Assembly (NCBI GenBank): GCA_000934665.2
Contig: KZ538454.1
Location: 1-64,000 of the forward strand
Direction: 5' to 3'
Origin: Catajapyx aquilonaris
Taxonomy: Eukaryota
Length of the DNA: 64,000 nt
In this document: piece after piece, positions 25,501 to 39,400 of the stretch
How positions within the stretch are numbered: the stretch's first letter is position 1
Layout: each line of letters starts with the position of its first letter
Program-made: the position numbers and the translations under genes
The notes under the pieces: generated by a model
Databases searched by the model: none
What the model was told of the DNA's origin: nothing
The model's input: only the letters and a program-made list of their open reading frames with translations

Positions 25501-28500
25501 AGTAATGGTCGCTGGGTTTCTATAGGCTGATGTTGCGGACCTGGAAAAGTGCCTGATGCGAAGGGAAGCAGCAGCGGCCAGCTAACAAACTTGGCCCCGC
25601 TCGTAGGCTCTATTAATCTTGGGGCCGCTTCCATAAATCACGGGTCCTGGATCGCTTGCCAACTCCGACTCGTCAAAACATACAGCTCCGACCTGACCAT
25701 TTCACCTCGCGCCGATGAACTGCGAGACTTTTTAGACGTGCCCAATTTCCCGCGCTGCCAGCGCCCCTGGAACATGTCAGGACAGGTCTTGCCTATACTC
25801 CCAACCGTCACTAACCGCCATCGCCAGCACAACCCAGAATCTAGGCCACTTGCTTGTCGCAATGTTTCTGTTGGGTTTCCTTTTGAGCCCCAGGGCGATA
25901 TTAGGCCACATCCCGTGGGGCAATATATGATGGGGAGGCAGAGGGTAGCTCGATATCCGTCCGGTCCTGCTGGATCCGGATACCTCTCTCATTGACCCGG
26001 ATATTACGCTTCGGGCGCACTTCCCTTCCGATGACTGCGGCCGGGAGGGATTTATTCGAGATACGTATCTGCAGAGGCGCAGTTGCGGACGGCCACCAGG
26101 GACGTCCAGTTTAGGAGGTTCAGGTGCGTTCCTGGTGTCTATCCATTCCGCAAAGAGGGACTAAATCTAGTTTGGACCTAGAGTCCGCAGCTGTGTCCGG
26201 AGGCCCTGGGGGTCATGATCAAGCGTCAAATGGCAAGAAAACGTGGAGGGACTGGGCAAGTTCACTCATCTCCGGTTTCATGGAATATCTAAGCGGTGTA
26301 ATGCAGCAGCAGGCTCTGCGATGATCAATCCCTACCGCAGCCGCATCTCTTGGGCGCCATCCGTTAGGCCTCCCCCCAACCCTGGTAGCAGTAATTAGCG
26401 CAACCAGCGGACAAATTGGCAGCAAGTTTAAAGATGTGGCCGTGGCGGGCATTTATTGTGCGCGTCTAAAAGGCCTATAGTATAGAAGGCAGCGGCGGCG
26501 GGCCAAAGTGGGTCATCTAGAAAGGCCCTGGCTCATAGGTGGCGACAGGCCTGTAATACCCCCGGGCGGTGGTTATGGGCGGTGGTCCGGCGGCGGCAAA
26601 TCCTTCTTGAGAAGGCCCGGCCAATATCTGGCCAGCCCGAATGACCAATTACAGTGTCCATCCCGCCAATAATACCTTTCCCCGTGGCCTCCATCAGCCC
26701 CAAATCAATCAAGGTTCTAATGAAAGCGAAGGCCGAGCCTTGGTAGTTGGGAGTCTGACCCCCCCTAGCCTTTTATGAGCTTCCCTCCGCCGCGGTAATT
26801 CCCCGGCTCGGCCGATGGACGGCTCCCCCTAATCCCGTATTGGTTGCTTATTGGCCATCGGAGCCGCCGGTCACTCATAACTTACTTAAGGATGGCTTTT
26901 AGATGCAGACCGTGAGGCCAGGGCCGGATTTTGGCGGCCGAGGGAGCCTGCTTTTATGGCGGCTTGTTGTCATCAAATTTCCTTCTCGCGCCCGATGTCA
27001 ACTTATCTCTCCCGCCGAACTGCGGAAGAAGGGGCAGTTTCGGATGGGGGCCAAGGGGAGAGGTGATTCGCTTCTCTTTTTTTTTCCTTCTTCCTTCCAT
27101 CTCGGTCTGTCTCTTCTTTTTTGGCTTTTAGCGCCAGATTCGGGCCTAACGATCTTTTTGCCCTAGATGGGGTTGATCGGTCGTAAAATGTCAATCACAC
27201 CGGAGGACACACCAGTTTCCACTTATTTCTGGTGGCTGGAAGATGGCCAGCTTGTCATTACAGGGTGCTACGAAATTGTTGGCTCGTCTACCTTCTTATG
27301 CAACTGATCAGCTGAGATCTGGCCAAAAACAGAGTCGTTGGCTAATGGGTAAAAGACAAACTCCTTGCCATTAGCTGTTTCACGTATCCTGATGCAACTG
27401 TGGCAAATGGCAGTGGACGTGCCCGATCTGCGCGCCCAGCCAACCGCCACAATAAAACCCAATAGAGCGTGTCCTAAGACTTGGACCCTGGAAGGGGAAA
27501 TCCTAATGCTCTTAGTCCAATCGAATATCGTGTGAGGGATTTTTCATGTACTGATAATAAGCCCTGTCTCCAAATTAGTGACATATCGATGGTGTCTATT
27601 GGAGCCAGAGCAATATATATCCCAAAGTGCACCTTCCCACTCTTATGGAGCGGATTTCTCTTTGTGCTGGGTTCTCAAAAAGTAAAAGGCATCCGAGAGT
27701 GGGAGTGTTTATGTGGAGAAGGTATTGGAGGCTCCCAATGACACGGAAAGCGACTTAAAGGCGGAGGTGAGACGCGGACGTGTGGTGGTTATTATTGCGT
27801 GTCGGGTCATGGCAGAGCCTCCAGACAGGTAGAGCATCATGTAGAGTGGTCCGCTTGGGGGCTCTGCTCTTTCCATATTTAATCCCCTCGAATTGGCAGT
27901 CATTTTGCAAATTAATCAAAGTTATGTGCAAGAAAATTTGCATGTGTGCTTGGCCTTCCGACAGTATAAATCCATGTTGCAGGGAACCAGAGAGAGGCAT
28001 CTGGGAGACTAATATCTGCGTGGTTTGCGAGTCCTCTGGGCTTGTAAAGATTACCAATGCATTTTGCAAATGTTACCCTATACGGAGAGTGTGCTGTATC
28101 CGGTATTATTCCTGGAACTCATTTGCTTTGGTTGAGAGCGTATCTTTCGACTGCCGAGGCTACATTAGCCCTTAGGCCGAATGCCTGCCACCGAAACAAC
28201 AAGCTGTGCAGTGTCTTTGTGCACACAATGCCAGCATTATTCAATACACTTATGGGCAGTGGCCTATTAGCAAATCTCGTGTTTCACAACAACCCAGGTA
28301 GTTAAAAGCCTGTTTTTCTCTCAACAATACTTGTTTCTTTTCCTGCTCCGGATAATGTTTCATCCTTTATCCGGGGCGAGCCGCAAGACAAACGAAGGGA
28401 TGTTGGTAAAACCGATTGGATTATTTCAGAGTTGACAGGCCCGGGTACAGTGTGTAGGGACTCGGTGGTTATATGGCAATTGGGGGGAGATGGTCCATCA

Positions 28501-31066
28501 GAAGTGGGGGTGGGTCGGGAGGGGACCAAGAGGCAAATGAAGAGAAGACGAAGGGGGTGGGGCAAGTGGGCATCCGGGCCCACAACGTGCGCAGCAACAA
28601 AAAGCCCGCTCAATACTCTTAGCCTCCTTTTCCCAGGCAGCGCCATGCTACGGAACTACCCAGCGACATTCGTAATTATTATCCAGAGGGCGAGGGCATC
28701 GCGTCATCACCTCCCATGCTCCATCTATACATATTCAGCCCGAATATATACTTAGGGCAGGTGGCATACAGGGGGGGGGGGGGGNGGGGGGGGTCCTAAG
28801 CCCACCTCCCCAGGTTTTACTTTTTTTTCTACATTTTTTTTTATTTGAAAAGCTCTACCGTTTGGGCTGTGGCCCGGCTGCTTGCAATTAGCCTAATTAC
28901 TGGTGGAGCGGATGCCGGGTTGGTATGAAGGAGGATGGGTATCAGACACCGATATGACAAACCCATTCCTGATTAAATAACAGGAACCCCGAAGGTGCAT
29001 CGGGTGATCCCGAGTAATAACACTTGCCTCACCTCAGATAATTACAAGTTGCTCTACTTGGCTTGGCTCAGCTTTTCTAGGGTGGGGCCCACTACCATCA
29101 TCGCCCCCTCTACTTTTTTTTTCCTCTTTACTTCTGATGAGCCAAACCATATAGCCCCCCAACACCATGCCCTCATCAAGCCGCTTCCAAAAATTGCTGC
29201 ACGTGTGTTCTTTTGCATTAGAAAAAACGGGCCGCGAATTTGGGTGTAACTTACGCAAGATGTTCCGAGCGGTCAAGCCCTGGAGGTCTAATAATTACAT
29301 CGCATTTCTGGGATCGTACCAGTCGAAGTTATCTAATTTCACTGGAGGCTTATATAGTAAAATGCTCGGTACCGGAATTGCCATACTTGAGCACCGCTCT
29401 TGGTATGCATATTATTACACCCATTTTGTGCGTAAAATGGTTTTGTGACACGAATCATGCATGTAATGCATATGTGAATAATTTGATATCATGGGTGCAT
29501 ATTTTGATGCGTTTTGAGTTATCAGATAGGGGGGGCATTGGCAATTAAACCCGAAGCGATGGAAAAGTCTGAGAGAGTGACATGGAACAAGAAAAACATA
29601 ACCCGGAAAACAGAAATGGCTAATGGCAAGGGGGAAATAAAAGACTAGAGATGAAGAATGACATGTCAACCAGTGGAGAATCCCGAGGGCTCTGTCCAAA
29701 TAGGAAACAAATAAATGGAAACCTAACGAGCAGACCCCCAAGTTTTTGGATTTTTGAGGGGAAATAAAGTCAGTCGATAAGACAAAGGGAAAGTGGTAGT
29801 TGCGCAAATTTCCTGTGTGGTGAGGGAGACTTTGGCGCATAATACTGTTGACTGGGAGTTGGCTATAGACTTCTTCTATCTTGGTGCCATCAATGCCCCA
29901 GGAAAAGTTGGAGTAATTTGGGCTTCGTTAAGCCAGCCTGATGTATTCGGTGCTGCTGCGGTGGATGTCTTTGCCCCCCCACCACCCAACCCATCGCCAT
30001 GGACCAGGGGATGACGAGGAGGATGAGCAGCAGGAAATAAGCCGCTCTTGGCCTTTTCAAAGTTGCCAGATGAATATTCAAGCCGTTCGCCAAGGCGTCT
30101 TCTACTCAATTAGCTCTTCGAAGCAATAAAGTTTTCTTGAACCGAGAGGGGGGTGGGGGTAGTGGGGGGTGGAAAAGGGGGTAATTGGGCAGCAGTTTAA
30201 TTTCCACACTTCGAAGGTCAGCCGCAATGGAGAGCCAGATTCCGCGGCATTAAGTAAAGAGCGTGTTTTTCTTGGGCTGAAATGAGCCTATCTTTCCCCC
30301 TCCTTTCTCCTGCAACACCCTAGCCTTTTTCATGGGGGAAATCGGAGCGAGCGAAGCGAAGGAAGAGAGCCCAGCCCAGGCTCTTGATCTTGTATGCAAA
30401 TATTATTCTACCTTATCAGTTTCCAACAACCCATCACAATTTCTCAAGATTCCTCTAACTGCGGCTGACTAGGCGCGCCTTTTAAGCTCAGGGAGGATAA
30501 CTCGCGCACTTTATGCAGCCCTTGTCACCGCCCTAGAATATCTGCTGCAAGCCGCTTGCGACCTTTGCCAATTACCCGCCGATAGTGCCTTACGCTCCTC
30601 CGGGAGGAATCAACATGTAGACGGCACCGGAGCCAGGTGTATAGACTCCAGAAGCTACATGATCCGGATCAATCCTAGGATCAGGGTTGCCCAAATTAGC
30701 TCAGAAACTGCATGCCATCAAAGTACCCTTCCACTTGGGTCACTTTTCATCCTTGCATGATGCAGCCCAAATTTATTTTAAATTATTTATTTATATTTAT
30801 GATTACCCCATAATGCCCATTTATGCATTTTTAGGGAGAAACCTGCCTCACATTTTTATTTTTATTTTTCAAGTAATTTTTATTTTAAATTATTTAAAAA
30901 AATAAAAAATGTTACTGTAAAATTATAGTAATATGCAGTAAAATTACGTAAATATTCGGTAAGGTTTATTTTATTTTTATTTATTTACGATACCCCTTTC
31001 GAGGGCAGTACCCTTTTTGGGGGAAATATTCAGTAAGTTCAATCATGGATGGCATATAGGGTTGAT

Positions 31067-31144
31067 TTTATGTATATTGAGCAATCCATACATATATGAA
31101 TGTATATATAATTATGTATGTATGGATTGCTCAAGATACATAAA
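31067..31144. repeat. 78-bp AT-rich inverted repeat (hairpin)
   Basis: 28-bp arms tttatgtatattgagcaatccatacata and tatgtatggattgctcaagatacataaa with one mismatch and a 22-nt spacer. Confidence 0.9.
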
Positions 31145-33548
31145 TATATATAGGATTGGGTATAGGCTAAGAAAATAGACCATGCGGCGACAGGGTCTAT
31201 CTATTTCTATGACGCAAGCAGCAGAGATGTCTGCTGGCGATTCCGCCCCCCCCCCCCCAGCCCTTTCGTTCCTCCTATACCGAAAAAGGGAAGGCCGTAT
31301 TTCCTCCTCCGATAGTCTCGGCGGGCGATAGACGTCTATGGGCCCATGCCCTGCAATTGGCTGGTGTCTGGAGAGAGCCCGGTTCTCTCTGCAGCCATTG
31401 GACCCAGAGATCGAGCGAGCGGCTTCTTCCGGCCCGAGCAATAAATATTAGTTATTGATGCCGGCCATCTGGTTATCTATCAGTAAGGCACTAAGAGCCT
31501 GCTCGGCCCTGCTCCCTCCCTCCTTACCCCCACCGACTATTCCCTCCCCAAAGTTCCCCTCCCACAACCAGGATTTATATCTTCAATAAGCTATGATAAG
31601 CTATAACCTACGAGCCAAGTCCATTAGCCGCCTCGTACGGCCTCGAATAATGATATAAACCAAAGACACACATTAAACAAGAGATAATAGACCAATAAGT
31701 CGTGGACGGCTATGCGGCTAGGAACAAATGGGCCAGCAAGATGGAGGCGGGTGGGGGGGAAGGAGGGGGCAGGGAAGAGGAAGAGCTGTGCCAAATTAAT
31801 GTCTGATATTGCTTGGGAGCTTTTAAGGCCACCTTCCAACTTGGACCCAAAGTTTCTCTCAGAGTTGGGAAAAAGTGGGAATGGGCAGACCCGGGGCCTA
31901 CGCTCCTGCTCTCCGACGATTCTCTGAGAAACGCGACTTACTCTATAGAACCCACTTTTTTGTGTTGTTGCCGGGGTTTTATTTCCTAATGGTACATCCT
32001 GGTGGAAAATATGTTACATACTACATTGATAAAAATTATTTGATGGATGTAGTGTTGGGTATATGCCACACTGAGGTGCTCGAAATGGACATGCCCGTTG
32101 GGGGTGGGTAGCAAGTCCAAGTGAAGCAACGGACCTTGCACCTAGGAACTGGAAGGACAGCTAATCCTGGATTGGTTTTTGACACCTGCTAGCTCTCCCA
32201 GGACAGGCTCTCTCTACATTGCAGCCAGCTCCAGCTCTATATCTGAAACTCTGTCTCTGGGCGACTCGTGTGTGTGTATGGGGTGTGTAAGTGTGTATAT
32301 AGAATAGTGTGTGTGTGTGTCCGTCTGGCCCTGCGGTCCCCTCTCTTCCCTGCATGTTTTGGTTCAGTTCCATTCATCTGGCCCTTGTCACTGATGCCTC
32401 GGGGCCCTCTGCTTATAGCCGGCTCCGAATTAAACCGTTCCATTTGAAAAATTATTTTCCATTTAATGGATTATTTTGCTGAGAGGGATGCATGAGGGTG
32501 CGGCCGATACGGGGGTTCATTTCGATCATTTGAAACAAGGGTAGGAAAGTTGGTTGGTTGGGTTTTGAGGGGGGGGGGTGGGGAAATAGTGGAGAGAGTT
32601 GCTAGCTAGGGGAGGGGTCCTTTAAAGCCTAGTGTATATATAACATCGCAACCAACGCTGGCAATGTTGCAAGTGCAGGAATTAGATGGGGGTTAGAAAT
32701 CATTCTTTTGGGTGTAATGATTTGGGCGAATTGGCATGTAAGAAGGTGGTGGAGGAAAATTATCAGGAAACCTAGTAAGCACTTTCAGGCGGCTGGATTT
32801 AGGGAGGGCTTAACCTGCATCTTCACGACTGAAACTATATACGTGTGTCGTGTCCGCTGGTTTTAGTGCTTTTGCAAGGCTTAGTGGCTCTGCTCATTTC
32901 AATTCAGTTTGTAACTTGCTAGGAGCTTTGTTTTCCAATTTAATTGAGTAGAGAAGGAGGGTCCTTGGAGCCCTTGCGAATTTTGGTTCTTGGGATGGTT
33001 CGTATGGGGTTGGTCTGTATATGGTGGATATGTGTCTATTCATCTGTCCAAAGAGGAAGTTTAACAGTCCTTCCTCTTGCTGGGGGATGACCTCAGATTT
33101 ACAGTTCCGATTATCTCAACAAGCGATCCGACTTGTTGGGTCCAGAGTGATCCTCCGTAAAGTCCGGCAAGCGTAAACCAGAAATGAACTTCAGATGTCG
33201 CTCAAGTGATCTAAACGCCAACAAGATCTAGGCTGCGGTTCGGCTCCATGCAATCAAACCTTCACGACTTGAAATTGCACCAAAACTGCCTCCAATTTGC
33301 TCCTGAGCTATTACGTTGTTCTGAGAGCGGCCCAACTCATGTGACGACTCAATCTTCTCTTATACGACTGCACACGAGGTCTCTTTTTGCGCAAATGCTC
33401 GCTTTACCTTAGGAGCGTACCACCACAGGGTGTTTCGAAAATGCCAAGTGGATCAGACAGCTTATACAGTATATATACAAAGTTACCCTTTGTACCCTAC
33501 GTGTATAGTCTATACTTTTTGGGAATATATGCATGCTGGATGCAAAAG

Positions 33549-33552
<4 letters not shown>

Positions 33553-33606
<54 letters not shown>
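33553..33606. repeat. (GA)27 microsatellite
   Basis: Perfect dinucleotide run. Confidence 0.98.
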
Positions 33607-33608
<2 letters not shown>

Positions 33609-36315
33609 CACTGAATTTAGCTTTTTGAGAAACGTAGCAGAAAGTTCCCTTTCGGCAACCGTTTACGTTGCAGGGTTTTGCAAGGCGACTTTTGCAGCTA
33701 CCTGAAGCAGCTGGTGCGGCCTTTTTGGGAGGGAAAAGGTTGGGTGGTGGGTGAGGGTAGAGTTTGTTAGAAGGGGGATAATTTTTCAGGAGGCTTTGAG
33801 AGCTTGCTTTTGAACCTGGGGCTAATCCTCCGTATTGGCATCGAGTGGGAAATGTGGGCAGCCCAGCTGAAGGAGCACTTGCCTCTGATTAAAGCACGTC
33901 CTAAGGCACAATTTAAATCGCCAGATTCACCTGCCCGCTTTTTCAAGAGTCTCAACTTTTTCTTCTTCTACCTCCTGGCCAATTTAATCCGCCTCCAAAA
34001 ACTATAGAGCCTTAGCGAGTAGATATTTTCCTTATACTGAGCAAGCCAAATATGTCGCGGGCCCGTGTGAATCCAGCGGTTTTCAACAGCTGTAAGTTGC
34101 CTCGAGGCCTGCCCATGGGCCAAAAACAGCGATTGGACTTGCCACTTAGGCCACCTCTTATACACCGAGTGGTTGAGGAAAAATCCGGGAACGGTCATCG
34201 AGGCATCTCTTGTAGCTTCCCTCCCGGATTTCTGTTGTGAGGTTCTCCCATGGAATTACCCGATCTCCACACATGCTAAACGCTGAAGCCTCATTCATGT
34301 GGTGGGATCCCATGCTTGGAATTTAATGATGGCCCGGCTTAATCCCTTTTCTCTGCGGACCCAAGTGGGATCCTAATGTCCCAAACGCGCCCAAGTCAGA
34401 CCCCCTAGCACCAGCATATATAGGGTGAGAAAAGTGTTGCTATATCCAGAATACGCTGCATGCACAGGTGTTATTCCCGTTCTAATAATCCTGCTTGGCA
34501 TGCAGTGATCGAATCCAATATAAGCCCAATTACAGTTATGGGGACGGTGCTCCCTCTGGAAATGACATGTGCCCTGAGTCCTGACAACAGATCGAGATGA
34601 TAGCGATCTTTCCCAGAACGAGCCCAAATGGATTGCTGTCCGACACGTGAGTTCTGAGAGCACGTTTTCACCCCACTGTACTATTGGAAAATTGAGGCAA
34701 AGCACATGACAAGAGTCTGAGGCCTAATAAGGACCACACCCATCCTGTCCAATTTGTCATCGCGGCTGAGTAGTTTTTTTTCTCTTTCTCTCTCATTTTT
34801 GCAGGTTTCTCTGCCTATATTGGACAGAACTGCCTGAGGAATTCTCTCCAGAACCCAACTACCACTTTCGCCTCCCTCCCAGGCCAGCCCAATCCCCCTT
34901 CGCGAAAAGCCGCAAAACCGCCAGCAACTCACGGCTGTCCATGCCAAGTGGCGAATGTCCGAGGCCGCAAATCCGGCCCATTTGATTGACCATGGGGCCC
35001 AGAGTGCCACAAAAGCGGCGCTGGCTACGACCAGAGATGGAGCCGCTGCAGTCGTGGGGAAAGCTTATTATTTATTGGTTCGCATTTGCTGGTCATGACT
35101 GCCCCCATCCCTGCTGGACAATGCCCCATTCCCCACCTTCTGCACAAGACGCCATTGTTGCCGGTTCCTCTATCATGGTTTAATACCATAGCAGTGTGGG
35201 TAAGGAGTAGTGGCAACGGTGCTGTCTTATGGCGTCCGTTCCGGCGCCTTATTAATTGGCGCGTAATGGAAGAGCCGGACGGAGATCTCTAGAGGACACA
35301 AATGGACTTTCTCCCCTGGGACTTATCCGCCTCTTCCGGATTTGCTCCAGCTCTCATTTCAGGATCTAGACTTCATCTTCTTCACCTGCAGTCTCCCGGG
35401 TTGTTTTTTATACTCTCAATGGCGCCATCTCGTGGAGTATCAACTTTCATTACAGCCAGAAATTTAATAATTGTGGTCCGCCTATTAGTTTGAGGTATTT
35501 AAAAATGAAAGTTAGGTCCGGTCTATTAGCGGCCTGGTTTTAGTGGAGAGGGCGGGAGGTTGTCGCGCCCCGCTCAACACTTTAGTGCGTGTCGTTTGTC
35601 ATGTGTCAGGCGCTTGTTCCAGTCCAGCGTGCTCATTGTTTGTGATTGGCAGATATGACGAGGCTCGACATGTTCAATGTGCCGACCCAAGCTTTTGCCA
35701 GCTGAATAAGATGGCCACCTTAGTGTGTGCCCTGTGCAGGACCAGGAGGGAGGCTGGTGGAGCAAGTGGACGGTTGCAGGCAGGCATTTGAAGCTGTCAG
35801 ATGCAGAAAGTGGGGAGCCAGGCAACAGCAGTAGCAAGTTAATTCGGCGACAGTAGCAGCAAAAGGCTTTTCATACGTATGGAGGTTCCCCCTCCCTCCC
35901 CTTCCTCCCCCCTAGATATATCTGTGCCAAGAGGTGCTTTGGATGAGCGAGTGTGGGAAGGCCTTAGATACGTAGAGCCAAAGCGAAAGCGGGGGGAAGG
36001 GTTAATTTGGTTAGTTTCAGGGGGTGAATGTCAAGTGTTGGGTGTTGGCGGGGGAATGAACCTGCGCCGGGAGTCGTTGGCATCGGCACCCCGGCACTAC
36101 TACCGCAAATTGCTCATTTAAAAATTTCCAACCTGTTGGTTCTCCAGGGAAAACTGGGTCCTGATTGTCAGCACGGTTCCTTTTTTCATCCATTCTATTC
36201 TCAGACGATGGGCTGCATTTCCTTTGGTCTGTGGGGTGTCCTTCCTCATGGGAGACTTGCCAGTGTCACACGTCCATTCATTGCTTCAGCCAAAGGTGAT
36301 GGTATCGATTGTGAA

Positions 36316-36460
36316 TTCGCGAGTTTTGGGTATTCGCGAGTTTAGGGTTTCGCGAGTTTTGGGTGTTCGCGAGTTTAGGGTATTCCCGAGGTTAGGGTTT
36401 CGCGAGTTTAGGGTATTCGCGAGTTTTGGGTATTCGCAAGTTTGGTGAATTCGTGATTTT
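36316..36460. repeat. 16-17-bp minisatellite, about 8-9 copies
   Basis: TTCGCGAGTTT(T/A)GGGT(A) tandem units. Confidence 0.95.
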
Positions 36461-39400
36461 TGTGGACCGCATTGGCTCCAGATCCTGATTTTTTGGGAAA
36501 ATTCAGTGAAGCTATTACTAGGTGGCAGGCCTGTCTTCAGGGAAAAGGCGAAGGAAGGGGGGAAAGGGAGTGACAAATTGATGGAGTCGACCTCAGCGGG
36601 AAATGAAGTGAAGCGCCCCCGTCAATGGATCGAGGAAAATCCTCTTGGCGTCTTCTTTAACCTAGTCAAGAAGGGCATGAATGAAAAGAGGAGTCTCCCG
36701 CTGCCAAACGGGTCAATCAATTCACCACTTACACCTCCTTTAGCATGTCTTTTACCACCATTTTTTAAACCCAATGACAACAATGAGCTGCTAGTCATGC
36801 ACAGGGTCCCGTCACTTTCAGAACTATTCAAACAGTGTCGTACCAGAATTAATCAAAGAAACTAAGGGCAGAACAGCTGTTCTTTTTTGTTCTTCATTCC
36901 GGGAGTTCAATTTTGAAGAGAGGGCACAAAACATGTCAGCCGTGCAGAAAAAGAAAATCAAACAAACTTGCGGAACAAAAGAAGAAGGGACTTCTTGGGG
37001 AAGAGGAAGAGGGGGAGAAAAAAAACGAAGAATCTTGAGCAGGACATTCGTGAAACGCATTTAATTATCGAGTCTTTCATTGTCAAACCATCTCATTAAC
37101 TCGATGTCTCCCGGCCAAACGCTCTTTTCGCGTCGATCCTCCGGATGATTTTTTATCGACCTCAAGCTGGCCAACCTAATTGCCTATTTCGAAACTCATC
37201 TTCTTCCGGCCCTCTTTTTTCCCTCATTTCATTGATTCTGAAAGAAAACGCACATCTTCTCCAGTAATCGGGGTTCCTTCTTCATCTCTGAGATGGATGT
37301 AAATGATCGGAAAATATATACTAGCCCTCCCTTCCCCCCCTTCAAAAATGGTGTGCCAAGTTCCTTCCCTCTTTCTCTATGGACCAAGGCAGCTGAAGCG
37401 ACCGGAGGACCGCCGTGCAATTGCCCAACATATTTATTTGACGTCTGTCCTAGCCCTGCATTAATGGAAGCTCGTCTCGGCGTGAAATTACTGCCAAGAG
37501 TCACTAATGAAAACAGCGGGGCCTGACGTTGCCCCCCCGTCCCAGCCTGCTTTTCCTCCCAGTCCTTCCCCCGCTTTCCCCCTCCTCCCTCACAGTCTAA
37601 TTGTTGGCGAGGAAGACGTCTTCAGGTCTGAGGAAGATTGGATCTGCCCTGTTGGTCTTCAATTTTTGTGTCTTGGGGAATCATAGGTTGAAATTGATGG
37701 TTGACATTTCCAGTGGCCTTTGCCTGATTGGCGGTGGTGTCAGGGGCGATTGATCTGGTTGGCCAAAAAGGACATTGTATTACAATAGGAGGCAAGGAAA
37801 CAAGGCGGCTGAAAGCCTCGAAATGGACCTCGAAGGAGATGAAGCTTGGACCAGATGGGATTAGTTGGGACCCCAAAGAAAAGGGGGCACTCTACTATCC
37901 GGGTGGATATATGCTCCGGACCTCTGTATCCATCACCAGGGGGACCCATCCCTATAGGGAATTTGTAAACACCTCGTTTCCACCCCGACTCCATCAGAGG
38001 GCGTAGAAAAAGGTCGTCCTGTAATGGATTACTGCCTCGGACCTGCTTTTTCTCCTTTTGGTGAGGCCAATTGCACTACTAGAAGCACCGGTATTCGCCA
38101 AAATAATCAGCGTTGAAGCAGCGACACCAGCGGTTTTAGATTGAACTATCTTTTTTTGCTAGGGAGTGTACTAGCCAAGTAAAGGAAACGCGGTGGAGAT
38201 ATACTGAGGGTGGGCCGATGGGGGGTCTAGTCCGTGGGTCGGCCACCAGGGAGCAGTAAGGACGATCAATTTGTAGCGCTGTCGCTTTCAATGGAGCGCG
38301 CAAGAGAGACGGCCGATCGGATAGGATCGCAAGTTTCCTCCACCATAGACTCGGGGAAACCTCCATAAAACATTCGCTCTAAGACATCCATGCATCGATT
38401 TCAAGCTAGTACACCCTGTACTTGCTCGCCAGAGAGGCTGACAAATTTAATGTGCTCTATAGAGGACAGTATCGTGACTCAGATACAGGTTGATTTAGTT
38501 GGAAAGACATTTCAGAGACTGGTCTATTGAATGAGGACACTGCAACAGTAGAGATGCGATCGGGACTGTAAATTATGCCAAGTGTCGCAATCGGACCAGT
38601 GCACATTCCATTTGCAAGAATACTTTGATGCTATTCACTCATCTGCGGACCAATTTCATGGGGTGGAGGGAAAAATGGGCTTACACAATTTGAAATTTTA
38701 CCACCGGGATAAATCGCCTTATCTTTGTAGATTTTCAGCGCTCACACACAAAAAAACGGAGGAAAGCTTGATGTACGGTTATGTTTATTGCTGCAGGCTT
38801 TTATGTGATGGAGTGTAGTCGTGGAAAAAAAGGCGCGCAGCTTATCTACCTTACAATCCCGGACGGATTGGAGTCGCTTTAATTGCGCTACTACTTTACA
38901 TTATGCATCCGGCCAAGTAGATTGACCGCAGTCACATACGACACCGGGCATTGTGCAAGACACCGAGGTCACTAACAAGTCAATGACTCTTGGGCCTGTT
39001 CGTGTCGATGCTCAAGGTGTGTTCCTACCGCTGTCTTAAAATGGTGGCTGGTCTAAGCTAATTGGAGACATGAAAAGTAAAGAGTATAAATCCCGGTCCT
39101 CTGGTGGCCTCCTTTCATTTTCTTTGTGCCCATAATTCCCAGCCCATGCAGCAGCCCCCGAAGGAGCCAGTCAGACTCCATTTGGTGGCTCTGGATGGTC
39201 GTGGAAGGACGAGCAGCAGACGATATCCAGCTGCGATCTTAATATCTTCATTCTCGATATCGTGACGGTCCAAATTAGCCTTATCTCGCGCCTTATTCTT
39301 CCTCCTTTTTTTCTCTATCGGTAATTCCCAGGGGAAGAGGGAAAAAGGGGACCACGACCGAATAACTTTTTACCCTGGAGTTTCTTCCCCACCCCCCTTT

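Noticed and set aside
34805..34840. Possible upstream CUX exon (FLCLYWTELP after a strong acceptor)
   Set aside because: Only weakly similar to FLNVYKRLIDVP, lacks the preceding conserved residues, and has no donor at the expected position.
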